Positions 44,572 to 58,400 of a DNA stretch of 64,000 nucleotides are shown here, piece after piece. The position numbers and the translations under genes are program-made. The notes beneath the pieces are model-generated. The model was given only the letters and a program-made list of their open reading frames with translations, made no database searches and had not been told where the DNA came from. The first letter of the stretch is position 1. Every line of letters begins with the position of its first letter. The DNA is from the human T2T-CHM13v2.0 reference genome, Homo sapiens: the NCBI RefSeq assembly GCF_009914755.1, contig NC_060934.1; one strand, 5' to 3'.

Positions 44572-45841
44572 TGAGCAGTCTTGAAAAAGTTTATGAAAAT
44601 GCATACTATGAAAAAACTATGCATGGATTTCAAAACATTTTTGGCACAAAAAAACTAGTACTAACTTCTTATAATATGTCTGGACAGGATCTAAGAAGGG
44701 TAAGACATCAATTTGAAAAGAGCCCTTATCAGAGCAACATGAATTCTGCTAAAATTGAAGCAAGAACAAACAGCAAATTTATGGTGAAGCTTGGGTGGAA
44801 GAAAGGTGAAATCATTGAAGCTTTACCAAAAGTTTATGGGGAGAATGCCCCATGGAAATCAGCAGTTTAAAATGGATAACTTGTTTTAAGAAGGGATGAG
44901 ATGATGTTGCAGTTGAAGCCCACAGTGGCAGACCAGCTACATCAATTTGCAAGGAAAAAATTAATACTGCTTGTGCAATAATTGAAGAGGACCAACGATT
45001 AACAGCAGAAACAATAGTCAACACCACATCTCAATTGATTCAGCTTACACAATTTTGACTGAAAAATTAAAGCTGAGCAAACTTTCCATTTGATGGGTGC
45101 CAAAACTATTGCTCCCAGATTGGCTGCAGACAAGAAAAGAGCTTTCAATGGAAATTTTAAACAAGCAGGATCAAGATCCTGAAGCGTTTTCCAGAAGAGT
45201 TGCAACAGGAGATGAAGTGTGGCTTTTCCAGTATGATCCTGAAGTCAAAGCACAATCAAAGCAATGGCTACTAAGAGGTCATAGTGGTCCAGACAAAGCA
45301 AAAGTGGACTGGTCGAGAGCAAAGTTCATGGCAACAGATTTTTGGGATGCTCAAGGCATTTTGCTTGTTAACTCTCTGGAGGGCCAAAGAACAACGACAT
45401 CTGCTCATTATGAAAGTATTTTGAGAAAGGTAGTCAAGCTTTAGCAGAAAAATGTCCAGGAAAACTTCACCAGAGAGTTCTTCTCCAGCAGGACAGTGCT
45501 CCTATTCCTCTCATAAAAAAGGTCAATTTTGTAAGGGTTTCAATGGGAAATCATTAGGCATCACTTTACAGTCCTGATTTGGCTCCTTTTGACTTCTTTT
45601 TGTTTCCTAATCTTAAAAAGTCTGTATAGGCCACCCATTTTGCTTCTGTTAATAATGTAAAATAGACCACATTAATATGGTTAAATTCCCAGGACCCTCA
45701 GTTCTTTAGGGATGGACTAAGAGCTGGTATCACTTACAAAGTATCTTGACCTTGATGGAGTTCATGTTGATAAATAAGATATATGATTTTAATTTTTATT
45801 TTTTATTTCAGTTTTTCCATGAATATTTTGAAGTTCCCTCC
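44572..45841 (+). mobile_element. Full-length HSMAR2 mariner DNA transposon with decayed transposase
   Basis: TA-flanked degenerate TIRs (TGAGCAGTCTTGAAAAAGTTTATGAAAA / TTTTCCATGAATATTTTGAAGTTCCCTCC); ATG at 44739, MNSAKIEARTNSKFMVKLGWK; D,D34D-family motifs TGDEVW and YSPDLAPFDF; stops and frameshifts. Confidence 0.9.
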
Positions 45842-46089
45842 TATTTTTGCTTTACAGAATTTGATGGTGTGATAATTTGAGTCTGGTATCTGTGGTTGTT
45901 ACAGCTTGTGTGATTATACTGTACTTTTATCATAAAAAATACCATGCTTTTTCTTGTTCAATAATTTTTGTCTTGATGTTAACATTATCTGATACTATGA
46001 ATTTGCTATTCTGTGCTTAAACCAAAAATTCTATTGATCCAAATGCCTTTGCATATGCTTTTACTTTCAACTGTTCTAAGTTCCTTTTC

Positions 46090-46552
46090 TTAATTTTTAA
46101 TTTTTATTTTAAGCTCTGAGGTACATGTGCAGGTTTGTCACATAGGCTAACAAGTGTGCCATGGTGGTTTACTGCACCTATCAACCCATCACCTAGGTAT
46201 TAAGCCCAGCATGCATTAGCTATTTTTCTTAATGCTCTCCCTCCCCCTACTACACCCCCCCTCCAACAGGCCCCAGTGTGTATTGTTTCCCTCCCCATGT
46301 CCATGTGTTCTCATTGTTCAGTTCTCACTTATAGTGAGAACATGTGGTGTTTGGTTTTCTGTGCCTGAGTTGGCTGAGGATAATGGCTTCCAGTTCCATC
46401 CATGTCCCCACAAAGGACATGATCTCATTCCTTTTTATGGCTGCATAGTATTCCATGATGTATATGTACCACATTTTCTCTATTCAGTCTATCATTGATG
46501 GGCATTTGGGTTGATTCCATGTCTTTGCTATTGTGAATAGTGCTGCAATAAA
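46090..46552 (-). mobile_element. 5'-truncated older L1PA (about PA10-type) 3' end
   Basis: Reverse L1 3'UTR (CACCTATCAACCCATCACCTAGGTATTAAGCCCAGCATGCATTAG). Confidence 0.82.
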
Positions 46553-47639
46553 GTTTATTTTTTGATAACATTTTTATGCAGCATAATTTTTGGGTTTACT
46601 TTTTCACCATAGGTCTTTAAAAAAAAGCCCATTTTTATTTACTTATATAATATGTTTGTCTCAGATTTGCCATCATATTTTCTATCTTTTCTATTTTTTG
46701 TTGCCCCTTTTGATGGTTCATCTATAATTTAGTAAACTACATACCTATGTTTGCTTTATGTAGGTGTGATAGTTCTGAAACTTCAGAAATTTCCTCTGTA
46801 TTTCATTTTTAATGCCCCTAGCACCACTCTTTTAACAGCAGTTTTTTCTCTGATGTATTCAAGAGTTAATTGACTTTGGCGGGGCAGGGAGACTCTGACC
46901 TACAGATGACAATCCTTAAAACTTTTAGCCTTGGTCTCATCCTAGATTCCACTCACCTGCTCATTTATGTCTCTTCAGGGAAGCAGTGGCCCTGTCTATT
47001 AGAGAGAAAGGAACTCTAGAGGGTGGAAAAGAATAGGAAACACCTGAATGTCATAAAAGGTGGGTGGACTTTTAACTTAGATCTATACATCAATTAGAAT
47101 ATTAATTTTCTATAGCTTTTTATTCTTAAAATTTAATTTTGTTATTTTACTACTTTCAATAGATAAGTTAATTAAAGGATACACTAATTAAAAAGATGTT
47201 AATTATATCTATTAATCTGGAGGGAATATAATTCTGTATTTTTAATTAAGAAAAGCAAGTTGCAAAATCTTATTTGTAGTATGAGCTTTTCATTTGCCAA
47301 AAAATTATTAAACATTTCCCCACCTATTTTACATATTTGCATTGGTTTCGCAATGGAGGGGTGGAAAATATAAAGGAGGTTTTAGGAGATTACTTTAAAT
47401 ATAAATATCTTTTCATTATTTATGGTGAGCATATGCTAGTTTTGAAATTTTAAAAAGAAATTTAATTAAGAAATTTAAAAACTGGATAACTTTAAATTAA
47501 ATCACATAGGAAGTTCAGTTAGAGAAATATAAATGGAAAAATTGGCAACAAAATGTCAAAAGATGTTTAACTTTGCTCATAATTTAAACATTTATATGTA
47601 GTTGAAATTAAAATTTACCTTCAAATCTCACATTGGCCA

Positions 47640-48188
47640 CTATTTGGTGGTCTGGTCTATGACCACTCCTCCTTCTTTTTTGTTTGCTGGATTCCCCACT
47701 CAAGAAGTAGAAGAGGTGATCTCACTCCCAAACTAACATGGGCGGCTCAAAGTCTAAGTCAAACATATAATTATTATGCCCTTTTCATATCAAGTCTTTT
47801 ATTATTGTGAGTGTGGTCATGTGACCTCATTCTGGCCAATGGGATCCAAAAGAAAGTGTACTAGGTGACTCTAGAAAATGTTTTTTCTTCAATTAAAAAA
47901 AAAAGTCCCATGAGAAAAACTAGCCTCTTCTTTTTTTATAGAACATTATTTTCTTTGTATGTGACCACTACAATAGTTGTAACTGTCCTTTGGCAATGAG
48001 CACAGCCATTGTCAGTGTGCTGAAGACAACAGAACACAAAAATGGAAAGCTCCCAGGTTCTTGGTAACAAGGTTCAGCTGCTGAATCAACCAACTCTATA
48101 ACTAACACACCTGTGGACTTTTCATTTCCATAACTAATTTTTAGTTGGACATTCTATTACTTACAGTGAAAAGCATGCTGGTTAATAT
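47640..48188 (+). mobile_element. MLT1 (J/I-like) LTR
   Basis: GGTCATGTGACCTCATTCTGGCCAATG...TTCTATTACTTACAGTGAAAAGCAT...AATATA. Confidence 0.6.
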
Positions 48189-49610
48189 AATAACCCATGT
48201 TGAAGAGGGTGTGGAAAGCCAGCATGCAGGGGTAGAGGGTAGAATTATGATTTAAAACATCTTTGGGGGATAGTTTGGCAAATCAACTACAACTGCACTT
48301 AAAACTTTTTTTTTAATGACAGGGCAATTCCACTTCTGGGAATTTAACCTACTGCTATGCTTACATTTGTGCACAAAGATATATGCACAGAGTGTTCATT
48401 GAAATTGTGGGTGAAATAGCAAAAGAATAAACACAACCTAATAATCATCAATAGGGGAAAGGTTAAATAGATGATTTTTATATGGAATACTATGCAGCCC
48501 TTAGGAAAATTGATGGATGGACAAAAAATCTACACATTATATTGTTTTAAAAAGATATATAGAGTGCATTTAAAGTGTTATAAAGTATATAGCATGCTAT
48601 TTTTGGATTATGATTGTATATGCAAAGACTTTCTGGAAGGATAAAGAAGAAACTATTAACCATGGTTGTCTTAGGGAGGGGAGCTGGACGTCTAAGACAG
48701 AAATGGGAGGGGTATTTATTTTCACTGTTTATTCTGTATCTTTAAAATGTGTGCCAATAGCATGCATAATCTATTATGCTTAATTAATTTTGTTTTAATT
48801 AATTAATAGATAAAAGATTATTGGAGGGCATATCCTTTCTTGGGAAGATGCCTCGATATAAAAAGGACTCCACAAAATAGAATGACGTCAGGACCCAGTG
48901 CAGTGCTGTCGAGTTGAACCCTGAGGGTGAATGTAAGCAGAGCCTTGGAGTTAAGTAGCTCAGGCCTGCAACCTCCTTCTGCAGGTGGGTAGAGTTCTCC
49001 TGCTGCTGCATTGGTGCTGGGGATGCAATTACAGGAAGAACAGTTTGTTGGGGAATGAGACTCCTGCTTGCTAGCCTGGCAGGTCCAGTGCTCAAAAGCT
49101 GTGGCAAAGCAGCAAACTCAGAGTACTGGATAAACTGTCACTATGTCTCACACTTTCCTGCTTTATACAGGCCACTTGGAAACTGGCAGCTACGAGATGC
49201 AGAGCTCCGGAATGGTCTTTGGAGTCAGCAGAACTGCGTTCCCATCCTGGCAATGCCACTTACACCCAGGGTAACCATAGGCTTTTATTTATTATAAATG
49301 TATTTTGTTAGCTAATTAAACTTATTTATTAATTTTCCTAAAAGAATTATCTTTAACATTTTTCCAGTAGTAACAATTGTGCATGTTGGATCTACATAAA
49401 TCTAAATAAAACAGAAATGTATAAAGTGAAAAGCAAAACTCCTTTCTGTCTCTTAATATTTCCCCTTTGCTTCCTACTACTCTGATAATTGCTGCTTATG
49501 ACTTGACCTTATTTCCTTCCCAATTTTAATGAATGAATAAATAAACCTAATTGTTTAACATGAATGGGATTCTACTATACATTTTATTTTCTCCCTATAT
49601 GCAATATAGA

Positions 49611-49834
49611 CCAAGAGTCAGCACAATTTTTTTGTGAAAAGTAAGATGGTAAATATTTAGGCTTTATGAACCTTATCCTTTGTCTCAGATACTGAACTCT
49701 GCTGTTGTATCAGAAACTCAGCTATAGATGATATGTAAATGAATGGGCATAGCTGTGTTTCAATAAAACTTTATTTAGAAAACAAGCAAGTGGCAGGCTG
49801 CATTTTCCTTCAAGACGTAGTTCACCAACCCCTA
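49611..49834 (-). mobile_element. MER58A hAT-Charlie MITE
   Basis: GTAAATATTTAGGCTTT...GCTGTGTTTCAATAAAACTTTATTTA...GTAGTTCACCAACCCCT. Confidence 0.8.
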
Positions 49835-52299
49835 ATATATAACAATTAAGTCTACCTCATCTTTTTTACTGGCACTCCATGGAATGGGTGAAGAAATTCA
49901 CTTTCATAGTCACCCATATATAGATATTAAAAGTCATTTCCCTTAGAAGCTCTCTTAAATAAGCACCAGTTATCCACTAGCTGGATTAGCTGATGTCTGT
50001 CTCCTTTCTCCTGTGAACAAGTTAACGGCTTTCCGTGGTATACTGAAATTGTGTGTCTTGCACAGAACTCCTTACTTCACCTGTGTCCTTGGGATTTCAC
50101 CAGCTGAGCTGACCAGCAGTCTGAGCTTGTTTAAACACCTGTACTTGTTATCGTAGTATGCAATTGAATTAAACAGTATGTTAACCAGAGAAATAGAAGT
50201 GAAGGAAAGAGATTGTTGACTCCAGAAAAATGAAGTTGATTATTTTTGGAAACACCTAATTTAAATGCTTTTTCAAAAAAAAAACTGTTGAATTAGGTAT
50301 AGGTTGAGTTAATTACAATAGACTAAAAACCAGCGAGCATGTGGTAGACTTTGGGGTGAAGGACCCATAGCATCAGCTCCTTGGGAGAGGAGGCCAAGCA
50401 GCCAGGCTGAGTATGGGTTCAGGTTCAGCCCAGGTCCCTCTTTGATTTTCAGAAGGTTGACTGGTCTGGGGAATCTGCCTTCTGCCCGATGAAGCCCAGG
50501 CTCTCACCTTGTCTGATCATCTTTCCTGGGTCTTGGGGGACCTCATGTCTCTGACTACATTTAGCCTACGTTTTTATACTCTCTGAATGTGAGAGGTTAT
50601 TAAGCATGAGATTCTGTTTCTCCTCTCAAAGGCTGGTCCAGTAACATTTAAAATAGCGTTAAGTCTGTATTTACATTTTGATGTCACTCTTGCTTTATTT
50701 CCTTAGCAGACTCTCTATTCTGTTCCACCCATGTTTTTCTCCCAAGCAGAATCTATCTTATCTGACATTGCAAAGCAGTTAACATTGATTCTGGTGAATG
50801 GTCTACTTTGATTTTTGCTACAGGGAGATTTTAGTACAAATTCACATATATTGTTTTCTCAACAAATGGAAAATTATGTTCCACATTCATTGTGCTGGGT
50901 TTGCCGAGCCTGCTCTTTTGAAACTCACTGTCTCATCTCTTATATTTGCCTTCTCTGTCACTGTCGATGTTTTCCTAATACTTCATCCTTTACGCAGACT
51001 CCTTCCTTGGAGCTGAATTTGGCAGTGGAGTTTGCCTAACTAATGGGGACCATATGCTCTGCAATTACATTCCCCAACAACATTCAGATTTGTTAGCAAA
51101 TATTGGAGAAGGCAAGTTGAGAAACTGGAGTGCAAAGGACAGTCAGGAACTGGCACATTCTGACAGGTAAACCTGCATTTGCTGACCACTGGAAATAAGT
51201 TCCAGTTAGGGCTTATACTGACTTAGGTAGAAGGGGGATTTGTTTTTTTAAAATATCTATCAGTTGGTATACTTCTCTTCAAATAGCTAAGTGCACCTCT
51301 GATGTGTTCCCAATGGCAAACTGTGCTTTCCCCTGCAGATCAATTTTTAATACATGACTATCACCTGTTTATTTGTTGATCCCAACCCTCCCCCAGACTG
51401 GAGAACTGGAATCATAGAATTCCTCACTGTTGTTTTCCCAGCTCCCAGCAGAGGACTGTTAACATAATAGCTATTCAGTAAATATTTGGCTAATGAGCAA
51501 ATGAGACAATCTCTAGAATACATTAAATCTCAATACATTCTGCACATTACATCTGTATGCCTTGGATGGCTTTTTCCCATTCTCCAGATCCTTCCCTTTC
51601 TCTAGGCTGGACCAGCTTTACTCTTGGGAGTCCAGGCCCCTGAAAAGAGTGCAAACTCTGAAGGTTCTGAAGAAGGTTTAGAGCATGGCCCAACATGGCA
51701 ACATTCATTTTTAAGGGCTTTTTTTTTTTTTTTTTTTTGGCTTTTAAAAGTTCCATCTGTTGCCCTGTTGGGGATGAGCGTGGAGCAGGATGAGTTAAAC
51801 CTTTAACACATTGTCCTGGGTTTTGATAAGCTAAATGCAGGGGAAAGAACACCATTTGTCTGTGCAAATGGCAGGAAATGGTAACTAGCTTGAGAGTGGG
51901 TGGCTGAGGGGAGAAATGCTTTAGCTTTTCAAGGACCTACTGAATGCTGTGCATTTCTTTAGTGGCCGGCTTGCTGGAACCTTCTGCAGGAGCACCTGTC
52001 CCATTGGCCCCAGTGTGGCTGCGTAGGGCTCTCAGGCACCACGTTGAATGACAGCAGCTCTTCCTCTCTGCCATGCCTATTGCAGTCTTGGGCAGCACCC
52101 ACTGACTGGCTCCTTGAAGACCATGGAGGTGGGGAGGTCTATTTGCACTCGAAGCTGCAAAGGGAAGCTCATGGTTTCAATCAATCCACAACTTTGCCTT
52201 CATGGAGGAGCATGAAGGGAGGAGACAAAAGCTGCCTGATTAGAACTCAGGGACCTCACCATCCCCAGCTCACCTCTCACCCCCATGGCATGTAACTGC

Positions 52300-52400
52300 T
52301 ACAAAGACACAAGAAACACTCCTTGTTTTAGAACACAAATACATAAATTTTTAATCTGCGAAAAATACAAAATGAAACCATGTACAAGTTATGTACAAAC
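52300..52400 (-). terminator. KCNMA1: Distal poly(A) site of KCNMA1
   Basis: On the minus strand: several UGUA motifs upstream, ATTAAA at 52355-52350, cleavage about 20 nt later (about 52329), then a GU-rich downstream element GTGTTTCTTGTGTCTTTG. Confidence 0.7.
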
Positions 52401-55400
52401 CCTTTTTACAAGACAAGAGAGTTATCACTGGTTGTTACAGATGACAGAGTTGGGTAGATCATTTCAGAGCACCAGCATATAGTCTCTTCTTCAATTCCTG
52501 TCAGGTCAGAGTAATTAATCATAATCATAATCATAATGCCAACAATCAAAAGATTGAAAGATGAATAAGCCACGCTCTTTTTCCTCAATGAACATGTAGG
52601 CTGAACTCTGCATGTGTGTACTTTTTTTTTCTTTGTCCCCTAAAGAAACCTTGAAGTGCAGGTTTTGGTGTTAAGCAGAGAAAGGTTTCTTTTCAACATC
52701 TGGGTGGTGGGATGTGGGCCAGAAGTTTTAGGCAGGATGTGATTGTGCCACCTGGGAATGGAACGTTTTTAATTAGGATTTCCCAACAGATCTGGGTTTG
52801 TGTTTGAAATGTTGCAGTTCTGGTCAAAGGCGTGTCAGGCTGCATTGAGCGGAAGGAAGGGGAGGAGAGCGAGCGCTCTGGGGCAGATGGGACTCTGGTT
52901 TTGTGTGGAAGTGAGGCTCAGTCCACCTTGCGGGCGGGGCTCCTGTCCCTGCCAGCTGCCTTCCCACGCTGACCCTGAGTCCCATGGGAGGGAAGCACTG
53001 GGTCACTCCCGCAGGCGTGTGTCAATGCCTTGTGTACATTTCCATCTAAGATTCTAAACAGTGGGGCCCGGTAGTGCTTCCCAAGGCAGGCATGGCCGAG
53101 AGCATTGGTGTCACTTCTGCCCCTGTTCTGTTAACTAGCAAGATGGAGGAGAAGCAGCAGCACAGAAGTCCTCAAGGGATAAGCAAAGGAAACCTTTCTA
53201 AACTGAAAAACCTACCTAAAAATAAAGTCCACTTTCACCTGGCCAGAACATCTCTTCTCACAATGCCTGTTCAGAAAAGCCACCAAAGCAAGGTGGTCGT
53301 AGCATTTGTTTTCAGACCCCTGAAACTAAGGATGCAGTGTGTGTGCTGTTCAGGGAGGGAAGAAGAACAGTGCAGTGACATGCACAGGAAGGTGAAAGGA
53401 GATGCCCACCCTGAGACCCCTCCCTGGTGAGTCCTCCAGAAAGACTGCCGATCACCACAGGTCCTGTCCAGCCTCCATCCACCATGGCAGCCACAGTGAT
53501 ACATAGTGGCCGAGTGACTGCCCACGTGGGCCAGACCTCATGACAAACTCTGGGAATATGGACAAATAAGCAGAGTTCCTGCCCTTCGAGTGAGTCTTTT
53601 GACTTGTGCCTCACCATCTCCAACACCTTTCATCTCCAACCTCATAGATGATCTTCCCTCTCTTTCTTAAAATTCCCCTCTTGTTTCTCATTTCCCTGGT
53701 TCTGGAGTACCCTAGATCTCCTGTCCCAAGAAGTTCTACTTATTTTTCTCCTTCTTAGTCCTGAAAAACTTGGCTGTAGCCCACAAACACATCTGCCAGC
53801 TGATCTAAACCTACACTTTCTCCCTAAAATAATTCATCCAGGATCCTCACTTTCTAAGTGCCTCTGTGGGTCTGGCTTCCACATCTGCAGGGCCTGTTGT
53901 AGCCCACTCCTTTACTCCCCTGTCCCACTCCTCTTGCCTGTGTGGCCTTCCCTCACGGACAGCTCTCAGCTTTTCTTGCTCTGGATGAACCCAATGTAAC
54001 ATTTCTTAGCTGCTGTACTCACTGCCTCCGCTTCTTGCCTGCTTCTCTTGTTTTCCTATTCCTCCACATGGTTCTGTCCTTGAGGACAGATTAGGTGTGT
54101 GTCCACTGCACAATGAATATACTCTAGACCCACAGCCATTGCCCCACATCCAGTCCCTACAATCCCAACCAATCTTCTACAACTATTACGATCTATAACA
54201 TTTATTTGCTATTCAGTGTTCACATTTATTCAAAAATTATTTATTGAACACCTGTTTTGTGCAACATGATCTTTCCAATATATGTGTGCCTTGTGTTCCC
54301 AGTTAGGCAGGTGGGCTGTCTTCCTCTAATAGTCTTACCATCGTGAGGACACAGCAGCTGCTCAGTAAATATCAATTAGCAGTTACTGATTAACATCATT
54401 CACCCTGCCACATGCCAGATAATCCTGCCTTCATACCTAGAATGCTGATCCTCTACTTATCTAACTCCTAAACCCCCCTTTCTCTAGAAATCCTACCTTG
54501 TTGAACCACTTCAAACCACAGCATTTCTCCCTTGTTTCAACTCCTACCATATTGAATGTGAAACTATGTCATTAGGGCTCACCCTTTCTCTAATGGTGCT
54601 TTGAGCATGTTTTCTTTCTTTAGTTGTATTATAAGCTGATTGATGGCAGAACCCATATTGTGCTCATTTCTCCCCCACTCACTCCTTGTACAAATATTTT
54701 ATGAGTGCTAATTGGTTTCTAAACAAGGGCTACCTGATTAGCTGCAAGGGTGTTTTCATAAGGGGAATTCCTATTTGGCAGTTCTGGACTATTAATTATT
54801 CTCTACTATTTGTGGATATCCTGCCTCATGTTCTTATTATATTACTGTCTAGAAAACAGTATGATTGGCAGGTTTTTAAAAATTTATGTATCTATTCCTA
54901 CCCTCTAATCTACTTTGTGAGTTTGTTGCTGACATTCTAGTAATTCAGGAGAGTCAGGACGTTCTACGTCTGATGGTCCTGTGACAGAAAGCAAAGCAAA
55001 ATGTGTGAGGAAGGTGCTGCACACGGTGAGTTGTTGACTTGGAGTGTGCACCCTTTAGCACTCCTTGCTGCTGAGAAAATGTTCAGTTTTGTGTGCATTC
55101 TCATGATATCTTCCAGGAAGAACTGACATCTCACTACTTTCAACCTGAAAAATGCACAGCCATTGCTGCCCCATCACTCTTTGCTTAAAACTCTGAGTGG
55201 CTTTTCATGACTTTCTAAATCAAGTTTCAAACTTTATCTAGGCCTTTAGACTGTACTTTGTAGCCCCTTCCATGAAGTCTCATCTCAGTTTTCCTCAGTT
55301 CCCCTACACAAACTTATCACAGTAGACAAAATAGTCAATCTATTGAAATCACATTCCTACAAATACATCATGGCCCATTAAGTCCCATCTCCCTGGAAAA

Positions 55401-58400
55401 CCCTCATATTCCACATCTTTCCAGTCCTGTCACCCATTTACTATTGAAATGCCTCCAAAGCCCATCAAACATTGTATACCTCTGCATTCTTGCCAGCCTA
55501 CGCAGTTCAATGCAAACTCTTCTTTCTTTCAACCCAAAGAACTACTCTTTGTACCATATGCATGCCCATAACTCATGGTATTTTAAAATACTGCTTATTA
55601 TATCTTTTTCTTTTTTTTCTTTCTTCCCAGATTCTTAATGTATACCCCAAGTTTGGCTTATCTTTAGATAGGGAGTCTCAGGTCCTTTTTGTGATTAAAA
55701 AAATATGCCAAAAGAGGAAGGTCTGCTACAGGTGGTCTAAGTCAGAATTCTTTCTCCAATCTATCCATGTGGGGCTGTGATATCATGGAGCTTCCAACTG
55801 TTGTAGGGCTAAAGGTGCCTCTGCCTTTGAGCATGTAGGCTTCTTTTTATACATGTTTTAAGCAAGCTTACCATAAAAATTGAAAATTAGGCTCTGTGGT
55901 CTCTTAAGAAATAAAATTAAAAATGTTTTCCAAGTTTTCTTATTTTTATGGAAATCTTGAAATTATTAACAACTGATACTTTATTGGAAACAAACAATCA
56001 GAAGAGACTCCACTTAAACAACCAATATGACCAAACTAGTACAAACTGCCTAGGAATCATTTATAATTACTACTGTCTCATAAATAAATCCAAATAGCGT
56101 CATCACCTCCTCAAATGACCTGGGATTTATATGCTAAATCATCTCTGCTGGATTAAAAAAATTGCCTTTTGGGAATAAGGAGAGGATCAGAAAGGTAATT
56201 TACCAGAAGATTGTAAGTAAATTCTGTTTCTTTTGCTTTTTAAAGAGGGTGAGTCAAGTCCTCATTAGTGAAGGTCCTTTCAAGGCTCATGGTGACTGGT
56301 GGCTTTACCACCATTCCAAAAGCAGCAAGTAAGAACAAAACAGAAAATGGACAGATTCTGCCCTGGAACTCAGTGTTCAAGCTGAATGGATCTACTTAGT
56401 CTCCTAGGAGTCAAGCCGGCTCACATCTCAGTCAATTGGTTGGATAGTCTTTGTTTCTCTCCCTTCCTACCTTTATTCCTCAATTTCTTCCTTCCTTCCT
56501 TCAATGAGATTCTCTTTCACAATGAAACACAATAGATTAAAATTACATTTGTGAATGTAAGTAGCTAAGAGATGGTTAGTTTATTAATGAAAGAAAATAA
56601 CCAAATAAACAGAGGACAGGAAATGAAGTGAGAAGGAAGACTGGTTACTTCCTGAAGATTCACATGGGGAAACATAAATGGGGAAAATGGCAGGAATTTG
56701 GGGTCTCTTGAACCTCTAGTTACATACTAGGAATTGGAGACATGGCATAGAGATGAAGGGATTAACTGAAGCTGGGCCTTGAACCAAAAAAAAACAACAA
56801 AAAAGGGAAGGCAGGGATGAAACTGAGAAGAAAACCCTAGAAACAGGCAGCAAAATTTGACCAACGTGATGCAGGTGTGTCCAAATTGAGAAATCTGCAT
56901 CTTGAACCTAAAGAGAATCTAAAGTGAAAAGACCAGGAATGAACCTACCTATTCTATGTCCAGAGCAGAAAATGTTCACCACTCCTGAGTAAGGCTGGGA
57001 GTGTTGCCTGGGTGATGCAGCAAAAAGGACCTTTATTCCAGTCCTGGACACAATAGTCTGCATGGGCTTAGCCAAGGAGAAGCAGCCACTCCCATGTTCC
57101 CACTCCTAACTTAGATCACGTCCCCTGGGACCTGAAAGAGACCTTAGAGTCATCTAGATGAATCACTCTCATTTACAAATGAAGTCACTGAGACTCAGAG
57201 AGTTTTAAAAACATTTTTAAAGATCAAGTTTGTTGTTTGTAAATGTGGCTCTTGCACCCTCATATTAAATGGTAACTAGGGAACTTGTGCTTTTTCTCCT
57301 TTCAACATGAAAAAGTCCCAAATTTCTTATGCTTTTTCACTTTTCCTTTATCTAACCCTAACACTTCTAATTTCCTGTTTATTTAAAATCTTCAATCAAT
57401 TTTTTTACAAAGTACATCATAAGGTGCCAGAACCCTTGGGAGGAAAGATTGGAATGTTCTCCAACGTGCCTTAGTCACAATCACTTTTATTTAAGGTGTT
57501 TTATAATGGTTCAAGATGATATTCTAAAATATAAAATTGCTTAGACAAAAATAAAAGTTTTCTCAAGGAGAAAGGTTATGATGGTGATGATATTTTCTGC
57601 TTTGTAAACAGCCTGTTGGTGACCCACAGCACCCAAGAATCATTAGTTTGGGAGAATGGCTTTTCTGGAGCCCTAAACTGGGATAGGAAATCAGAGCCTC
57701 ATAATGTGGACTGTACCAAAGACCCTCCTTGGTCTCAGGCGGATGTAGGCAGAAAGACAGACTGTTGCAGTGGAGATGGATGGGACTCAGGGCCAAAGAG
57801 CTCAACAAGTAGGAACAAGCCAGGGAGAAGCTCTGGCATTTGCTTGAGCCCTCCAGTGATTTCACAAATGTTATTTCTGTTTCCATTTCGTTTCTACTTA
57901 CCAGGCACCAGCTTTTGCCAAAGGGCCCAACAATCAGTCATTTTCCTACCCCCTTAACAAAATGCCTCATTTTGTTTTCTAGTCCAGAACAATTCATTAT
58001 TACAACGGCAACACAGTATGAACTTATTGCTCTATTTAAAAGAAAATGAATTTTTACCAATTTGGTTTTTTTGGGGGGGAGGTGCTTATGAATCAAGGAG
58101 CCCTTTGCTATAGGAAACTATCCTAACTATTATGATTTTTTTTAAAAAAAGTTTAGATTAAAATTTCTAGCCACAAATGCATCGGTGGATGTGTGGTGGG
58201 GCTGGAGTTTGCATTTCTGCTTCCAGATTGCCTTGTTAGGGGTGACACAGGGAAGAGAGGGTCATGGGAATGGAGCTTTGTGTCCTGTGTCCCTCTAATG
58301 GAAGATCCTTTATGTGGCCACCACAGCCTGCCAGAGGAGACCAAATCACTCTAACAAATTTGGAGGTGGTTATTACGAGCAGGAGTGAAGAGCCCACTAT

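Noticed and set aside
50110-50330. Possible Tigger-like DNA transposon fragment
   Set aside because: Resemblance is too weak to support without a profile search.
52800-53626. Overlapping ORFs in a GC-richer patch as an extra exon or gene
   Set aside because: No recognisable protein similarity; the patch lies within the inferred KCNMA1 3'UTR.
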